The notes: generated by a model from the sequence alone, not told the origin. DNA of 64,000 nt from an uncultured Alphaproteobacteria bacterium (GCA_963827585.1 CAWHCK010000036.1:31131-95130), one strand, 5' to 3'. Shown: positions 31,863 to 42,195, counted from the first letter of the stretch. Program-made: numbers and translations.

Positions 31863-32273
31863 ATGGCCGAAACCAAGGCGCCCGTTGAGCGCCCGCTCTC
31901 TCCCCATCTCTTCATCTACAAGCCGACGCTGACGATGACGATGTCCATCGTCCATCGCGTGACCGGTGCCAGCCTCTATTTCGGTACGCTGCTGGTGGTC
32001 TGGTGGCTGATCGCCGCCGCCTCCAGCCCCAATGCCTATGCCGGCATCGGATCGTTCATGAGCTCGTTCTTCGGCCGGCTCATCCTGTTCGGCTATACCT
32101 GGGCGCTCATCCATCACATGCTGGGCGGCATCAAGCACCTGATCTGGGACACCGGGCACGGCTTCGGCCCCCACGAGCGGGAATGGCTGACGGTGGCAAA
32201 TCTCGCCGGCTCCATCAGCCTGACCATCGTCATCTGGGTCGTCGGCTACCTGTTCATGGGAGGGCCGCGCTGA
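31863..32273 (+). CDS. sdhC: Succinate dehydrogenase cytochrome b556 subunit
   Basis: [12 protein letters not shown]...SIVHRVTG...[13 protein letters not shown]. Confidence 0.9.
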   Translation: MAETKAPVERPLSPHLFIYKPTLTMTMSIVHRVTGASLYFGTLLVVWWLIAAASSPNAYAGIGSFMSSFFGRLILFGYTWALIHHMLGGIKHLIWDTGHGFGPHEREWLTVANLAGSISLTIVIWVVGYLFMGGPR

Positions 32274-32662
32274 TGGTTGCGGGAAAAATGAGCACGCCGC
32301 TCGCGCGCGTGCGCGGGCTCGGCGCGGCCAGATCCGGTACCGAGCACTTCTGGCGCCAGCGCTTGACCGCGGTCGCGAACGTGCCGCTGACCATCGCCTT
32401 CGTCTTGATCGTGGTGGCACTGCTCGGCCGCAACCACGCCGCCGTGGTGCAGATCCTCGGCTCGCCGCTCGTGGCGGTGATCATGCTGCTGTTCATCCTG
32501 TCGATCACGACGCATATGCGCATCGGCATGCAAGTCATCATCGAAGACTATGTGCACGACGAGAGAACGAAGCTGGCCATGCTGATGGCGAACACGTTCT
32601 TCGCCGTCGCGGTCGGGCTCGCTTCGGCTTTCGCCATCCTCATGCTCAGCTTCAAGGTCTGA
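32273..32662 (+). CDS. sdhD: Succinate dehydrogenase hydrophobic membrane anchor subunit
   Basis: [20 protein letters not shown]...H.R.G.Q.IIEDY pattern. The start overlaps the sdhC stop (TGATG); an alternative ATG is at 32288. Confidence 0.85.
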   Translation: MVAGKMSTPLARVRGLGAARSGTEHFWRQRLTAVANVPLTIAFVLIVVALLGRNHAAVVQILGSPLVAVIMLLFILSITTHMRIGMQVIIEDYVHDERTKLAMLMANTFFAVAVGLASAFAILMLSFKV

Positions 32663-32667
32663 TTCCA

Positions 32668-34491
32668 GTGGCTACCAACGGCGATCCCGCCCCGGCTACC
32701 AACGGTCGTGCTTATCCGATCGAAGATCACAGCTACGACGTGGTCGTGGTCGGCGCCGGCGGCGCCGGCTTGCGCGCGGTGGTCGGCTGCAGCGAGGCCG
32801 GGCTCAAGACCGCCTGCATCACCAAGGTGTTTCCGACCCGCTCGCACACGGTCGCGGCGCAGGGCGGCATCGCCGCCGCGCTCGGCAATATGAGCGAGGA
32901 CGACTGGCGCTGGCACATGTACGACACCGTCAAGGGCGCCGACTGGCTCGGCGACCAGGATGCCATCGAGTACATGTGCCGCAGCGCCCCGGACGCGGTC
33001 TACGAGCTCGAGCATTGGGGCCTGCCGTTCTCGCGCCGGGAGGACGGCAAGATCTATCAGCGCCCGTTCGGCGGCATGACCACCCACTACGGCAAGGGCA
33101 TCGCGCAGCGCACCTGCGCCGCCGCCGACCGCACCGGCCACGCCATGCTGCATACGATGTATGGCCAGGCGCTGCGCCACGCCGCCGAGTTCTTCATCGA
33201 ATTCTTCGCCATCGACCTGATCATGGACGAAGAGGGCCGCTGCCGCGGCGTCGTCGCCATCAAGCTCGACGACGGCTCGATCCACCGCTTCGGCGCCCAC
33301 ATGACCATCCTCGCCACCGGCGGCTACGGGCGCGCCTATTTCTCCTGCACGTCGGCGCATACCTGCACCGGCGACGGCAACGCCATGGTGCTGCGCGCCG
33401 GGCTGCCGCTGCAGGACATGGAATTCGTGCAATTCCATCCCACCGGCATCTATGGGGCGGGCTGCCTGATCACCGAGGGCGCGCGCGGCGAGGGCGCCTA
33501 TCTCGTCAACTCGGAGGGCGAGCGCTTCATGGAGCGCTACGCACCCTCCGCCAAGGATCTCGCCTCGCGCGACGTCGTCTCGCGCGCCATGACCATCGAG
33601 ATCCGCGAGGGCCGCGGGGTCGGCAAGCACAAGGACCACATCTATCTGCACCTCGATCATCTCGATCCGGCGGTGCTGCACGAGCGCCTGCCGGGCATTT
33701 CGGAATCCGCGCGCATTTTCGCCGGCGTCGACCTTACCCGCGAGCCGATCCCGATCGTTCCCACCGTGCACTACAACATGGGCGGCGTCCCGACCAACTA
33801 TCACGGCGAGGCGCTGACCAAGAAGAACGGCAACGACGACTACTCGGTGCCCGGCCTGATGTCGCTGGGAGAAGCCGCCTGCGTGTCGGTGCACGGCTCC
33901 AATCGCCTGGGCTCGAACTCGCTGATCGACTTGGTGGTGTTCGGTCGCGCGGCGGCCATGCGCTGCGCCGAGATTCTGCATCCCGGCGACAGCCATCCCG
34001 ATCTGCCGAAGGATTCCGCCGACCGCGCGCTCGCGCGCCTCGACAGGTTCCGCCACGCCTCCGGCAAGACGCCGACGGCGCAGCTGCGCCTCAAGATGCA
34101 GAAGGTGATGCAGAACAATTGCGCGGTGTTCCGCACCGCCGAGGTGCTCGAGGAAGGCCACAAGCTCATCCACGAGGTCTATTCCGGCGTCGCCGACGTC
34201 AAGGTCACGGACCGTTCGTTGATCTGGAACTCGGACCTGATCGAGACGCTCGAGTTCGACAATCTGATCGTACAGGCGATCGTCACCATGGATTCGGCGC
34301 GCAACCGCACCGAAAGCCGCGGCGCACACGCGCGCGAGGACTTCCCCGAGCGCGACGACAAGAACTGGATGAAGCACACCCTCGCCTGGCTCGACCCGAA
34401 GGGCGTCGTCACCATCGACTACCGGCCGGTGCACGCCTACACCCTCACCAACGAGGTCTCGTATATCGAGCCGCGGCCACGAGTGTACTGA
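32668..34491 (+). CDS. sdhA: Succinate dehydrogenase flavoprotein subunit
   Basis: [13 protein letters not shown]...HTVAAQGG...HPTG...full-length 607 aa. Confidence 0.95.
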   Translation: MATNGDPAPATNGRAYPIEDHSYDVVVVGAGGAGLRAVVGCSEAGLKTACITKVFPTRSHTVAAQGGIAAALGNMSEDDWRWHMYDTVKGADWLGDQDAIEYMCRSAPDAVYELEHWGLPFSRREDGKIYQRPFGGMTTHYGKGIAQRTCAAADRTGHAMLHTMYGQALRHAAEFFIEFFAIDLIMDEEGRCRGVVAIKLDDGSIHRFGAHMTILATGGYGRAYFSCTSAHTCTGDGNAMVLRAGLPLQDMEFVQFHPTGIYGAGCLITEGARGEGAYLVNSEGERFMERYAPSAKDLASRDVVSRAMTIEIREGRGVGKHKDHIYLHLDHLDPAVLHERLPGISESARIFAGVDLTREPIPIVPTVHYNMGGVPTNYHGEALTKKNGNDDYSVPGLMSLGEAACVSVHGSNRLGSNSLIDLVVFGRAAAMRCAEILHPGDSHPDLPKDSADRALARLDRFRHASGKTPTAQLRLKMQKVMQNNCAVFRTAEVLEEGHKLIHEVYSGVADVKVTDRSLIWNSDLIETLEFDNLIVQAIVTMDSARNRTESRGAHAREDFPERDDKNWMKHTLAWLDPKGVVTIDYRPVHAYTLTNEVSYIEPRPRVY

Positions 34492-34528
34492 ACGAGCAAG
34501 ACCGACGCGCGAAAGGCAAGTCATCGAC

Positions 34529-35309
34529 ATGGTTCAACTCACGCTGCCGAAGAACTCCAGGGTCACCGAGGGCAAGACCTGGGCCTATCCCACCGACGCG
34601 CATCACGTGCGCGAATACAGGATTTATCGCTGGGATCCGGACGAGGGCAAAAACCCGCGCATGGACACCTACTATGTCGACTGCGGCGATTGCGGGCCGA
34701 TGGTTCTCGACGCACTGATCTGGATCAAGAATCACATCGATCCGACGCTGACCTTCCGGCGCTCCTGCCGCGAGGGCGTGTGCGGGTCGTGCTCCATGAA
34801 CATCGACGCCACCAATACGCTCGCCTGCACCAAGGCGATGTCGGACATCAAGGGCGTGGTGAAGATTCTATCCTCTTCCGCACCAGCCGGTGGTGAAGGA
34901 CCTGGTGCCCGATCTCACCAACTTCTATGCCCAGCATGCCGAGATCGAGCCGTGGCTGCAGACCACCTCGCCGGCGCCGCAGAAGGAGTGGCGGCAGAGC
35001 CACGAGGATCGCGAGAAGCTCGACGGCCTCTACGAATGCATCCTGTGCGCGTGCTGCTCGACCTCCTGCCCGAGCTACTGGTGGAACAGCGAACGCTTCC
35101 TCGGCCCCGCTGCGCTGCTGCAGGCCGACCGTTGGCTCGAGGACAGCCGCGACGAGGCGACCGGCCACCGCCTCGATAATCTCGAGGATCCGTTCCGCCT
35201 CTACCGCTGCCACACCATCATGAATTGCGCCAAGGCCTGCCCCAAGGGCCTCAACCCGGCCGAGGCCATCGCCCGCATCAAGCGCATGATGGTCGAGCGG
35301 CAGGTGTGA
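34529..35309 (+). pseudogene. sdhB: Succinate dehydrogenase iron-sulfur subunit, frame broken by one extra base at about 34867-34868
   Basis: ORF 34529.. is good to ...[11 protein letters not shown]. Skipping one base gives [23 protein letters not shown]..., continuous with ORF 34890..35309 ([31 protein letters not shown]). Confidence 0.9.
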
Positions 35310-35445
35310 TCCGACGCGGTAACGTACGCGCCATCTTTTCTGTGCACGTTCAGGCACGGCGACCACCGGCTGGTGGACGCCCGCGCACTGTTGCATGATC
35401 GGCCCCCTTCGCATCACCCCAACCAAGCACGGGAGAAACGCAATC

Positions 35446-35982
35446 ATGGCTTTGAGTGCAGACGTTCGTCGTGTGGTCACGACGGTCGACAACAAGGACA
35501 AGGCGGTGGTGCTGTTCGACGGTCCCAATCCGCACAAGAAGGTGCGGCCGCATGCCCAGACCGTCTCGCGCGTGATCTGGGTGACCGATCAGAGCCCGGC
35601 CGACCTGTCCGGCGCCGCCGACCGCGCCGCCGTCGAGATCGGCATCCAGCCTCCGCGCAACGGGTCGGTGTTCCGCATCGTTGAATTTCCACCGGAGACG
35701 GCCGAGATGCGCAATCTCGATCCCAGCACCATGCACCAGAGTCTCGGCGACAGCGCCCCCAAGCGCGGCCTGCCGCCGCGGCATCCGGCCATGCACCGCA
35801 CCCGCACCGTCGACTACGCCATCGTCATGGCCGGCGAGATCGACATGCTGCTCGACGATTCCGAGATCCATCTCAAGGCCGGCGACGTCCTGGTGCAGCA
35901 GGGCACCAATCACGCCTGGGTCAACCGCGGCACCGAGCCCTGCCGCATCGCCTTCGTCCTGATCGATTCGAAGGAGCCTTGA
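35446..35982 (+). CDS. Cupin-domain protein
   Basis: C-terminal cupin motif (HRTRTVDYAIVMAGEIDMLLDD...GDVLVQQGTNHAW.N). Confidence 0.65.
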   Translation: MALSADVRRVVTTVDNKDKAVVLFDGPNPHKKVRPHAQTVSRVIWVTDQSPADLSGAADRAAVEIGIQPPRNGSVFRIVEFPPETAEMRNLDPSTMHQSLGDSAPKRGLPPRHPAMHRTRTVDYAIVMAGEIDMLLDDSEIHLKAGDVLVQQGTNHAWVNRGTEPCRIAFVLIDSKEP

Positions 35983-36072
35983 GCACGGGCGCGCCGGCGG
36001 CCCATAATCCGACACAACGAGCCGCGGTGCCTCTCAGTGGGGCAACCGCGGCATCAAAAGGGAGCGGTCGGG

Positions 36073-36942
36073 ATGGCAACGAAACATGCTCAATCGGAGC
36101 TGACGCATCGTCCTCCCGCATTCGTCGTGCGGCCGTTGTCGCCGGCGTTGGGTGCCGAGATCGTCGGCATCGATCTCGGCAAGGAGATCGACGATCTCAC
36201 CGTCGCCCAAATCCGCGACGCCTGGCACCAGAACCTCGTGATCCTCTTGCGCGATCAGAAGCTGAGTGAGGAGGACGAGGTCCGCTTCGCCGAAAAGTTC
36301 GGGCCGCCGGCGGTGATCCACACCAAGCAATTCGTGCGCAATCACCCCGCGGTCATGCTGATCTCGAACATCCGCGAGGACGGCAAGCCGATCGGCGCCT
36401 TGCCCGACGGGGAGATGCATTTCCATACCGACCAGTGCCACCAGGAGCGGCCGGCCATGGCCTCGATGCTCTACGCCCTCGAGGTGCCGAGCGCGGGAGG
36501 CAACACGCTGTTCGCCAACGGCTACAAGGCCTACGAGACGCTGCCGGATGCCATCAAACGCCGCATCGCTGGCCGCAAGGCGCTCAACGCCTACGACTAC
36601 GAGACGGCTTCGATGAAGCGCGGCACGCGGCTGGCGGAGGGCGTGCCGTCCTACGTGCACCCGGTGGTGCGCACCCATCCGGCGACGGGCCGCAAGGCGC
36701 TTTACGTCAACCGGCTCATGACCGTGCGGATCGAAGGGCTGGCCGCCCAGGAGAGCGACGAGATGCTCGACCTGCTGTTCGAGCATCAGGAGCGCCGCGA
36801 ATTCATCTACGAGCACGTCTGGCGCCCCGGCGACCTCCTGATGTGGGACAACCGCTGCACGCTGCATGCCCGCACCGATTTCAGCCCCGACGAACGGCGA
36901 CTGATGCGGCGGGTGACCATCCTCGGGGAAAAGCCGGTGTGA
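36073..36942 (+). CDS. TauD/TfdA-family Fe(II)/2-oxoglutarate dioxygenase
   Basis: HFHTD (His-X-Asp), distal His in TLHAR, and the ...WDNRCTLH motif. Confidence 0.85.
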   Translation: MATKHAQSELTHRPPAFVVRPLSPALGAEIVGIDLGKEIDDLTVAQIRDAWHQNLVILLRDQKLSEEDEVRFAEKFGPPAVIHTKQFVRNHPAVMLISNIREDGKPIGALPDGEMHFHTDQCHQERPAMASMLYALEVPSAGGNTLFANGYKAYETLPDAIKRRIAGRKALNAYDYETASMKRGTRLAEGVPSYVHPVVRTHPATGRKALYVNRLMTVRIEGLAAQESDEMLDLLFEHQERREFIYEHVWRPGDLLMWDNRCTLHARTDFSPDERRLMRRVTILGEKPV

Positions 36943-36976
36943 CATTGGCCGCGCCACACACTCGCTGTCATCATCC

Positions 36977-37068
36977 GCGCAAGCGGATGATCCAGTAATC
37001 ACCGGACGAAGAGCTTGGCGCGCAGCGTATCACCGAATGGCCAGTGATTACTGGGTCCCCGCTTGCGC
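36977..37068. repeat. Imperfect inverted-repeat (REP/MITE-like) element
   Basis: gcgcaagcggATGATccagtaatcac (36977-37002) versus the reverse complement of 37044-37068 (gcgcaagcggGGACccagtaatcac). Each arm also contains a small GC hairpin. Confidence 0.65.
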
Positions 37069-37097
37069 GGGGACGACGATACAACCAGGAGCAAACC

Positions 37098-38288
37098 GTG
37101 ATCGGCCGCAAAGACGACCCCGCCTTCCTCTACTTTCCCACAAACTACCGCTGGTCCATGGGCCTGCTCATTTGCCTGGGCGCCGCGCCCTGGGCCGGTG
37201 TCGAGATCGACGAGGTGCATCGCGTCGGGCGCGCGCTGGAGGATCGCGTCGGCGACGACGATGCCTGGTTCGAAGAATGGACCCGAATGGGCGCGCGGAT
37301 CGAGGCGCGCGGCCGCGACGCGGAGACGAAGGGCCACAAGCTCACGGCCGCGTCATGCTTCATGCGCGCGACGCGCTACTACCAGACCGGCGAGCGCTTC
37401 ATCCATCCTCGCTCCGAGCGCAGCATGGCGGTCTACGCCAACTCGGTGAAGATCTTCAAGGACGCGGCGGCCATGATCCGTCACCCGCGCGTCGAGCCGG
37501 TCGAGGTGCCCTACGACGGCACGAGCCTGCCGGCGCTGCTCGTGCATCCCGATCCCGCCGCCGCCGGAGCGAAGCCGGCACCTTGCATGGTGTTTTTCGA
37601 CGGTTTCGACGTCACCAAGGAGCTGCAATACGGCTACGGCGTCCCCGACCTCGCCGCCCGCGGCATCGGCTGCCTCATCGTCGATGGTCCCGGCAACGGC
37701 GAGAGCGTGCGCTTCCGCAATCTGCCGCTCATTGCCGAGACCGAGCGCTATGCCAGCGCGGCCTACGAATATCTGGCGGAGCGGCGGGAGTTCGATCCGC
37801 GCCGCATCGGCGTCATGGCGCTCAGCCTGGGCGGCTACTACGCGCCGCGCGCGGCCGCGCTCGAGCCGCGCTTTGCCTGCTGCGTCGCCTGGGGCGCGCA
37901 ATGGGACTATCACGCCATCTGGGCGAAACGGCTCGACGAGCTTGCCTCCGGCAAGGTCTTGTCGCTGTCGGTGCCGCCCGAGCATCTGCAATGGGTGCTC
38001 GGCGTGTCGAGCCAGGCCGAGGCGCTCAAGAAGCTCGAGGGCTTCCGGCTCGACGGCATCGTGCAGAAGATGGCCTGTCCGTTCCTTCTCCTGCACGGGG
38101 CGGGCGACGAGCAGATTCCACTTTCGCTTGCGGAGAAATGCTTTGCCGCCGTCGGCTCGAAGCAGAAGACCCTCAAGGTCTTCACGCGCGAGGAGGGCGG
38201 CTTCCATCACTGCCAGGTCGACAACGTCACCATCGGGGTGCACACCATGTGGGACTGGATCGAGGACGTGCTCAAGCCCGGAGCGTAA
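37098..38288 (+). CDS. Alpha/beta hydrolase, resembling the 2,6-dihydroxypseudooxynicotine-hydrolase / FrsA-like (C-C hydrolase) group
   Basis: N-terminal helical domain followed by an alpha/beta fold with nucleophile elbow LSLGG. GTG 37098 is preceded by AGGAG. Confidence 0.6.
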   Translation: MIGRKDDPAFLYFPTNYRWSMGLLICLGAAPWAGVEIDEVHRVGRALEDRVGDDDAWFEEWTRMGARIEARGRDAETKGHKLTAASCFMRATRYYQTGERFIHPRSERSMAVYANSVKIFKDAAAMIRHPRVEPVEVPYDGTSLPALLVHPDPAAAGAKPAPCMVFFDGFDVTKELQYGYGVPDLAARGIGCLIVDGPGNGESVRFRNLPLIAETERYASAAYEYLAERREFDPRRIGVMALSLGGYYAPRAAALEPRFACCVAWGAQWDYHAIWAKRLDELASGKVLSLSVPPEHLQWVLGVSSQAEALKKLEGFRLDGIVQKMACPFLLLHGAGDEQIPLSLAEKCFAAVGSKQKTLKVFTREEGGFHHCQVDNVTIGVHTMWDWIEDVLKPGA

Positions 38289-38313
38289 CCGCAACATTCG
38301 GTTGGACATCGGC

Positions 38314-39273
38314 ATGACTACATCTCCCATCTACCTGACCGAGGCGGATGTCGGCCGTCTCGTCACGGTGAAGGACGCCATTGCGACACTCGAAGAGCTG
38401 TTTGCCACCTGGGGGCAGCCTTCGACCGTCAATCTGCCGCGGCAGCGCGCGCGCCTAGCGGGCGGCTCCTTCAACCTGATGGGCGCCGCCTACGGCGCCA
38501 AGGGCGTGCATGGGCTCAAGGCCTATGCGGGTGTGAAGGGCGCCCAGTTCCACGCGCTGCTGTACTCGTCGGTCGACGGCAGGCTCAAGGCGATGATCGA
38601 AGCCGACCTGTTCGGACAGATGCGCACGGGCGCGGCGAGCGGCCTCGCCACCAAGCTCCTGGCCAATCCGGACGCACGCACACTGGGCGTCATCGGCACC
38701 GGGCGGCAGTCGCGCACGCAGGTCGTGGCGGTCTGTGCGGTGCGGCCGATCAAACGCATCAACGTGTTCGCGCGCACGCCCGAGCACCGCGAGGCTTACG
38801 CCCGCTCGCTGGAAAAGGAGCTCGGGATCGAGGCGCTGCCCGCGCCTTCGGCGGAGGCCTGCGTCGGGGATGCCAACGTGGTGGTCACCATCACCAAGTC
38901 GGCGGAGCCGGTATGCCGGGCCGACTGGCTCGCGCCGGGCGCGCACGTCAACGCCGCCGGTGCCAATTCCGGCGATCGGCGCGAGATCGACGGTGAGACC
39001 GTGCTGCGCGCCGCCGTGAAGGCGACCGACCAGGTCGAGCAGGCCAAGGTGGAAGCGGGCGAGTTTCGCGACCTGGTCGCCGCCGGCAAGCTCGCCTGGT
39101 CCGATATCCGCGAGCTCGGCGAATTCGTCATCGGCAAGGCCAAGGGCCGCACCTCGCCGTCCGATCTCACCCTGTTCAAATCGCTCGGCATCGCGCTCGA
39201 GGACGTGGCCTTTGCCGAGCTCGTCTATCAGCGCGCGCTTGCCGCCGGGGTGGGAAAGCCCATCACGGCGTAG
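38314..39273 (+). CDS. Ornithine cyclodeaminase / mu-crystallin family protein
   Basis: MRTGAASG..., Rossmann motif GVIGTGRQS, about 320 aa. Confidence 0.8.
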   Translation: MTTSPIYLTEADVGRLVTVKDAIATLEELFATWGQPSTVNLPRQRARLAGGSFNLMGAAYGAKGVHGLKAYAGVKGAQFHALLYSSVDGRLKAMIEADLFGQMRTGAASGLATKLLANPDARTLGVIGTGRQSRTQVVAVCAVRPIKRINVFARTPEHREAYARSLEKELGIEALPAPSAEACVGDANVVVTITKSAEPVCRADWLAPGAHVNAAGANSGDRREIDGETVLRAAVKATDQVEQAKVEAGEFRDLVAAGKLAWSDIRELGEFVIGKAKGRTSPSDLTLFKSLGIALEDVAFAELVYQRALAAGVGKPITA

Positions 39274-39420
39274 GTTGGGTTAGCGCGGCCCGGGAGCCCG
39301 CGTTTTGGCTCGACACGTGCGCCGCGCGTAACCCAACATTTCAGTTAGATGTTGGGTTACGCGCGGCGCATGGACGGAACGAGGAATACGACGTTCTCGG
39401 GCCGCGCTAACCCAACCTAC
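39270..39420. repeat. Nested perfect palindromes built from four GTTGGGTTA[GC]GCGCGGC units (alternating forward and reverse orientation)
   Basis: Outer 23-bp arms 39270-39292 / 39398-39420 are perfectly complementary. Inner 22-bp arms 39318-39339 / 39349-39370 are also perfect, with a 9-nt loop. The element sits between convergent genes. Confidence 0.9.
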
Positions 39421-39429
39421 GACGGCGCG

Positions 39430-39951
39430 CTATCTCGCGATCGCCTGCTGCAGGATCTTGCGCGCGCCCTCCGAGCCGTCGAGCTGGCGCAGCGTCCGGT
39501 GCTTGATCTTCCAGCCCTCCCGCGTGCGCACGAGCTCCCAGCGGTTGGCCGTCAAGCGATGGACGCGGAAGCCTCTGGAGCTGCCGTGGTTGGGAACGTC
39601 GACGGGATCGCCTTGGGTCTGCGGCACGAGAATCTGGAGATAGGACGTGACGGTCGCGGTGTCGCCATCGATCGCGACATGGGGCAGCCCGGTGAAATGC
39701 GCAAGGCCGCGCGCGATCGCGGCCTGGTGTTCGGGGCTCAGCACCTGGTCTGAAATGGCATCGCGCCCGCGCGGGCTCGAGAGATTTTCACCGCGGTCGA
39801 AAACGCCGTCGTCCACCCAGCTCGCCGCGATGTGGTCCTTGCCGCCGGTATCGGCGCTCGGCGGATGGCTGGCGATTAGATCATAGATTTCGAGGCGATC
39901 TTCGACGGCGCGGATTCGATCTTCGAGGCTGCGATTGGCGTTCATGTCCAT
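39430..39951 (-). CDS. NTF2/SnoaL-like fold protein
   Basis: 173 aa. RLEIYDLIA... N-terminal helix and a C-terminal WKI.HR pattern typical of SnoaL-like proteins. Confidence 0.55.
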   Translation of the reverse strand: MDMNANRSLEDRIRAVEDRLEIYDLIASHPPSADTGGKDHIAASWVDDGVFDRGENLSSPRGRDAISDQVLSPEHQAAIARGLAHFTGLPHVAIDGDTATVTSYLQILVPQTQGDPVDVPNHGSSRGFRVHRLTANRWELVRTREGWKIKHRTLRQLDGSEGARKILQQAIAR

Positions 39952-39975
39952 GCTCCTGCGTGCGCCGGCGCGCGT

Positions 39976-41056
39976 TCAGATGGAAATTCCGAACAGGCGC
40001 GCGGCATTGGCGCCGAGGATCGCGTCCTGCTCCTTCTTGCCAATCCGCTTGGCGCGGCGCACGTATTCGACCGGCTGCTTTTCCGCGAACGGATAGTCGG
40101 ACGCCAGCATGATGTGGCTCGACGGAACCTTCGTCACCAGGAACTCCAGCATGTCGGGATTGAACAGCACGGTATCGTAGAAGAAACGCGGCAGGTAGCT
40201 GCTGAAGTCGCCCTTGAGATGGGGCGTGCGGCCGTAGCGATATTCGTTGTCGTGCCGGCCGGCGTAGAACGGCAGATAACCGCCACCGTGGGCGACCATG
40301 ATCTTGAGCTTCGGGAACTGGTCCATCACCCCTTCATGGATCAGCGACGACAGCGCGTAGGCTTCCTCCAGCGGCTGCCCGACGGTGATCATCAGGCGAT
40401 TGCGGAGCATGCGCTTTTCGGTACTGCCGGCGGGATGGATGAAGATCACGGCGCCCAGCTCTTCCGCCTTGGCCCAGAACGGCCGCAACCGTTCGTCGCC
40501 CAGCTCGATCCCGTTCACGTGCGACGAAACGATGACGCCGCGCAGACCGAGATCGCGCATGCAGCGCTCGAGCTCTCCGGTCGAGAGCGCGACCTCGTGC
40601 AGCGGCAGCGAGCCGAGCCCCACCAGCCGGTCGGGATGCGCGGCGACGGCCTCCGCCACGCGGTCATTGCCGAGGCGGTCGGCCTTCAGCGCTTCCTCCG
40701 GCTCCATCCCATAGGTGCATTGCTGCATGATGCTCGGGCTGATGACCTGGATGTCGATCGCCGGTGGCATCCATCTCGTCGAGCCGCAGCGGCACCTCGG
40801 TCATGCGCTTGAGCAGTGGCTCGGGCACGCCGTCCGGGCCCGCCACCGCCCGCGAATATTGCGATTGCTCGTAGGTGAGCCTCAACACCTCGGGCACGAG
40901 CACATGCGCATGCACGTCGATGACGGTCGGCTTGGGGGCGGGCCCTTTCGATCGTCCGGATTTCACCGCTCGGCGCATTGGCTTGCTCGATTTGGCGTGT
41001 GCGGGCCGCTTGGATGCGCGCGGGCGCTGCTTGCGGCGCTTGGTTGATGTCGCCAT
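39976..41056 (-). pseudogene. Amidohydrolase-2 (ACMSD-like decarboxylase/hydrolase) family protein, frame broken by one extra base at about 40759
   Basis: ORF 40664..41125 gives ...VIDVHAHVLVPE...RLDEMDATG. Skipping g40759 continues as IDIQVISPSIMQQ..., matching ORF 39976..40770 (HPAG..., VAHGGGYLPF, SDYPF). Confidence 0.85.
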
Positions 41057-41185
41057 GAAACGGATGTCCTCTCGTATGTGCGGCTGCGGGTCGCGACGGT
41101 TATAGCAGGCCTGCGCGCGAGCCACCTAGCCAAGGGTAACGATCGCGACGATGATAACGGCAACGAAAAATACCGGGAGGATTCC

Positions 41186-42178
41186 GTGATCGTTCACCGC
41201 TTCGTTGTGTGCGTTCTGGTCGCGATCGGCACCGCGCTAGGCACCGCGCTAGGCATGGCGGACCGCGTGGCAGCGCAAGCCTATCCCGACCGGCTGATCA
41301 AGATGGTGGTGCCGTATCCGGCCGGCGGGCCGATCGACACCACCGCGCGCCTGCTGGTGCAGCGCCTGGGGCCGATCCTCGGGCAGACCGTCATCGTCGA
41401 AAACCGCGGCGGTGCCGGCGGCGCGCTCGGCACCAAGGCGGTCGTGGGCGCCGAGCCGGACGGCTACACGCTGCTGTTCGGCAACGCGAGCGCGTTCGTC
41501 GTGGGCCCCGCGGTCTACCGCTTTCGCGATTACGACACGGTCAAGCATTTCACTCCGATCGCCAAGGTCACGGAAGGCTACGAGGTGCTGGTGGTCGCGC
41601 CCGACTTCCCGGCGAAGACTCTCCAGGAGCTCATCGCCTATGCCAAGGCCAATCCCGGCAAGCTCAACTTCGGCTCCATGGGTTACGGCAATCTCACGCA
41701 TCTGGTCGCCGAATTGTTCAAGCTGCGGACCGGAACGGACTTCGTCCACGTCCCCTACAAGGGATCGCCTGACGCGGTCGCCGGCATCGTCACCGGCCAG
41801 GTGCACATCCTGTTCGGGGAAGTGGCCGGCCTGCTGCCGCTGGTGCGTGAGGGAAAAATCCGCGCGATCGGGGTTTCGAGCGCCGCCCGCAATGCGCTGG
41901 CGCCCGAACTGCCCACCCTGATCGAGAGCGGGTTGCCGGATTTCATCGCGCTGACATTCACCGGGGTGGTGGCGCCGGCCGGCACGCCCCCTGGTATCGT
42001 CAACAAGCTCAATGCCGCCATCAACGAGAGCCTCAAGCCCGGCGAGATGGTGGCGGCCCTGGGCAAGCTCGGCGCCGAGGTGCGAACGGGGTCGGCGGAG
42101 GAATTCGGCGCCTTTCTCGCCAAGGAACGGGACAAATGGGTCGACGTGGTGACGCGCACCGGGATCAAGGCGGAGTGA
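41186..42178 (+). CDS. Bug/TctC-family solute-binding protein
   Basis: GTG start after GGGAGG, a signal peptide, then YPDRLIKMVVPYPAGG...EPDGYT...VTRTGIKAE. Confidence 0.85.
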   Translation: MIVHRFVVCVLVAIGTALGTALGMADRVAAQAYPDRLIKMVVPYPAGGPIDTTARLLVQRLGPILGQTVIVENRGGAGGALGTKAVVGAEPDGYTLLFGNASAFVVGPAVYRFRDYDTVKHFTPIAKVTEGYEVLVVAPDFPAKTLQELIAYAKANPGKLNFGSMGYGNLTHLVAELFKLRTGTDFVHVPYKGSPDAVAGIVTGQVHILFGEVAGLLPLVREGKIRAIGVSSAARNALAPELPTLIESGLPDFIALTFTGVVAPAGTPPGIVNKLNAAINESLKPGEMVAALGKLGAEVRTGSAEEFGAFLAKERDKWVDVVTRTGIKAE

Positions 42179-42195
42179 GGCGCCAGGCACAGCCC

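Noticed and set aside
32548-34530. 660-aa ORF on the minus strand covering the whole of sdhA. Similar long antisense or shadow ORFs include 52449..55034 (861 aa), 17064..19073 (669 aa), 10795..12468, 6965..8671, 20542..22092, 55071..57008 and 57005..58972.
   Set aside because: All lie opposite or out of frame to strongly recognisable genes. They have Arg/Ala/Gly/Pro-dominated, low-complexity translations typical of stop-poor frames in GC-rich DNA and carry no recognisable motifs.
39270-39420. Possible CRISPR array or tRNA-like structure in the repeat-rich intergenic regions; also considered for 15845-15990, 42196-42290 and 48766-48890.
   Set aside because: The repeats are inverted, not direct, and have no regularly spaced unique spacers. 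No cloverleaf with an anticodon arm could be drawn, and no cas genes are in the window.
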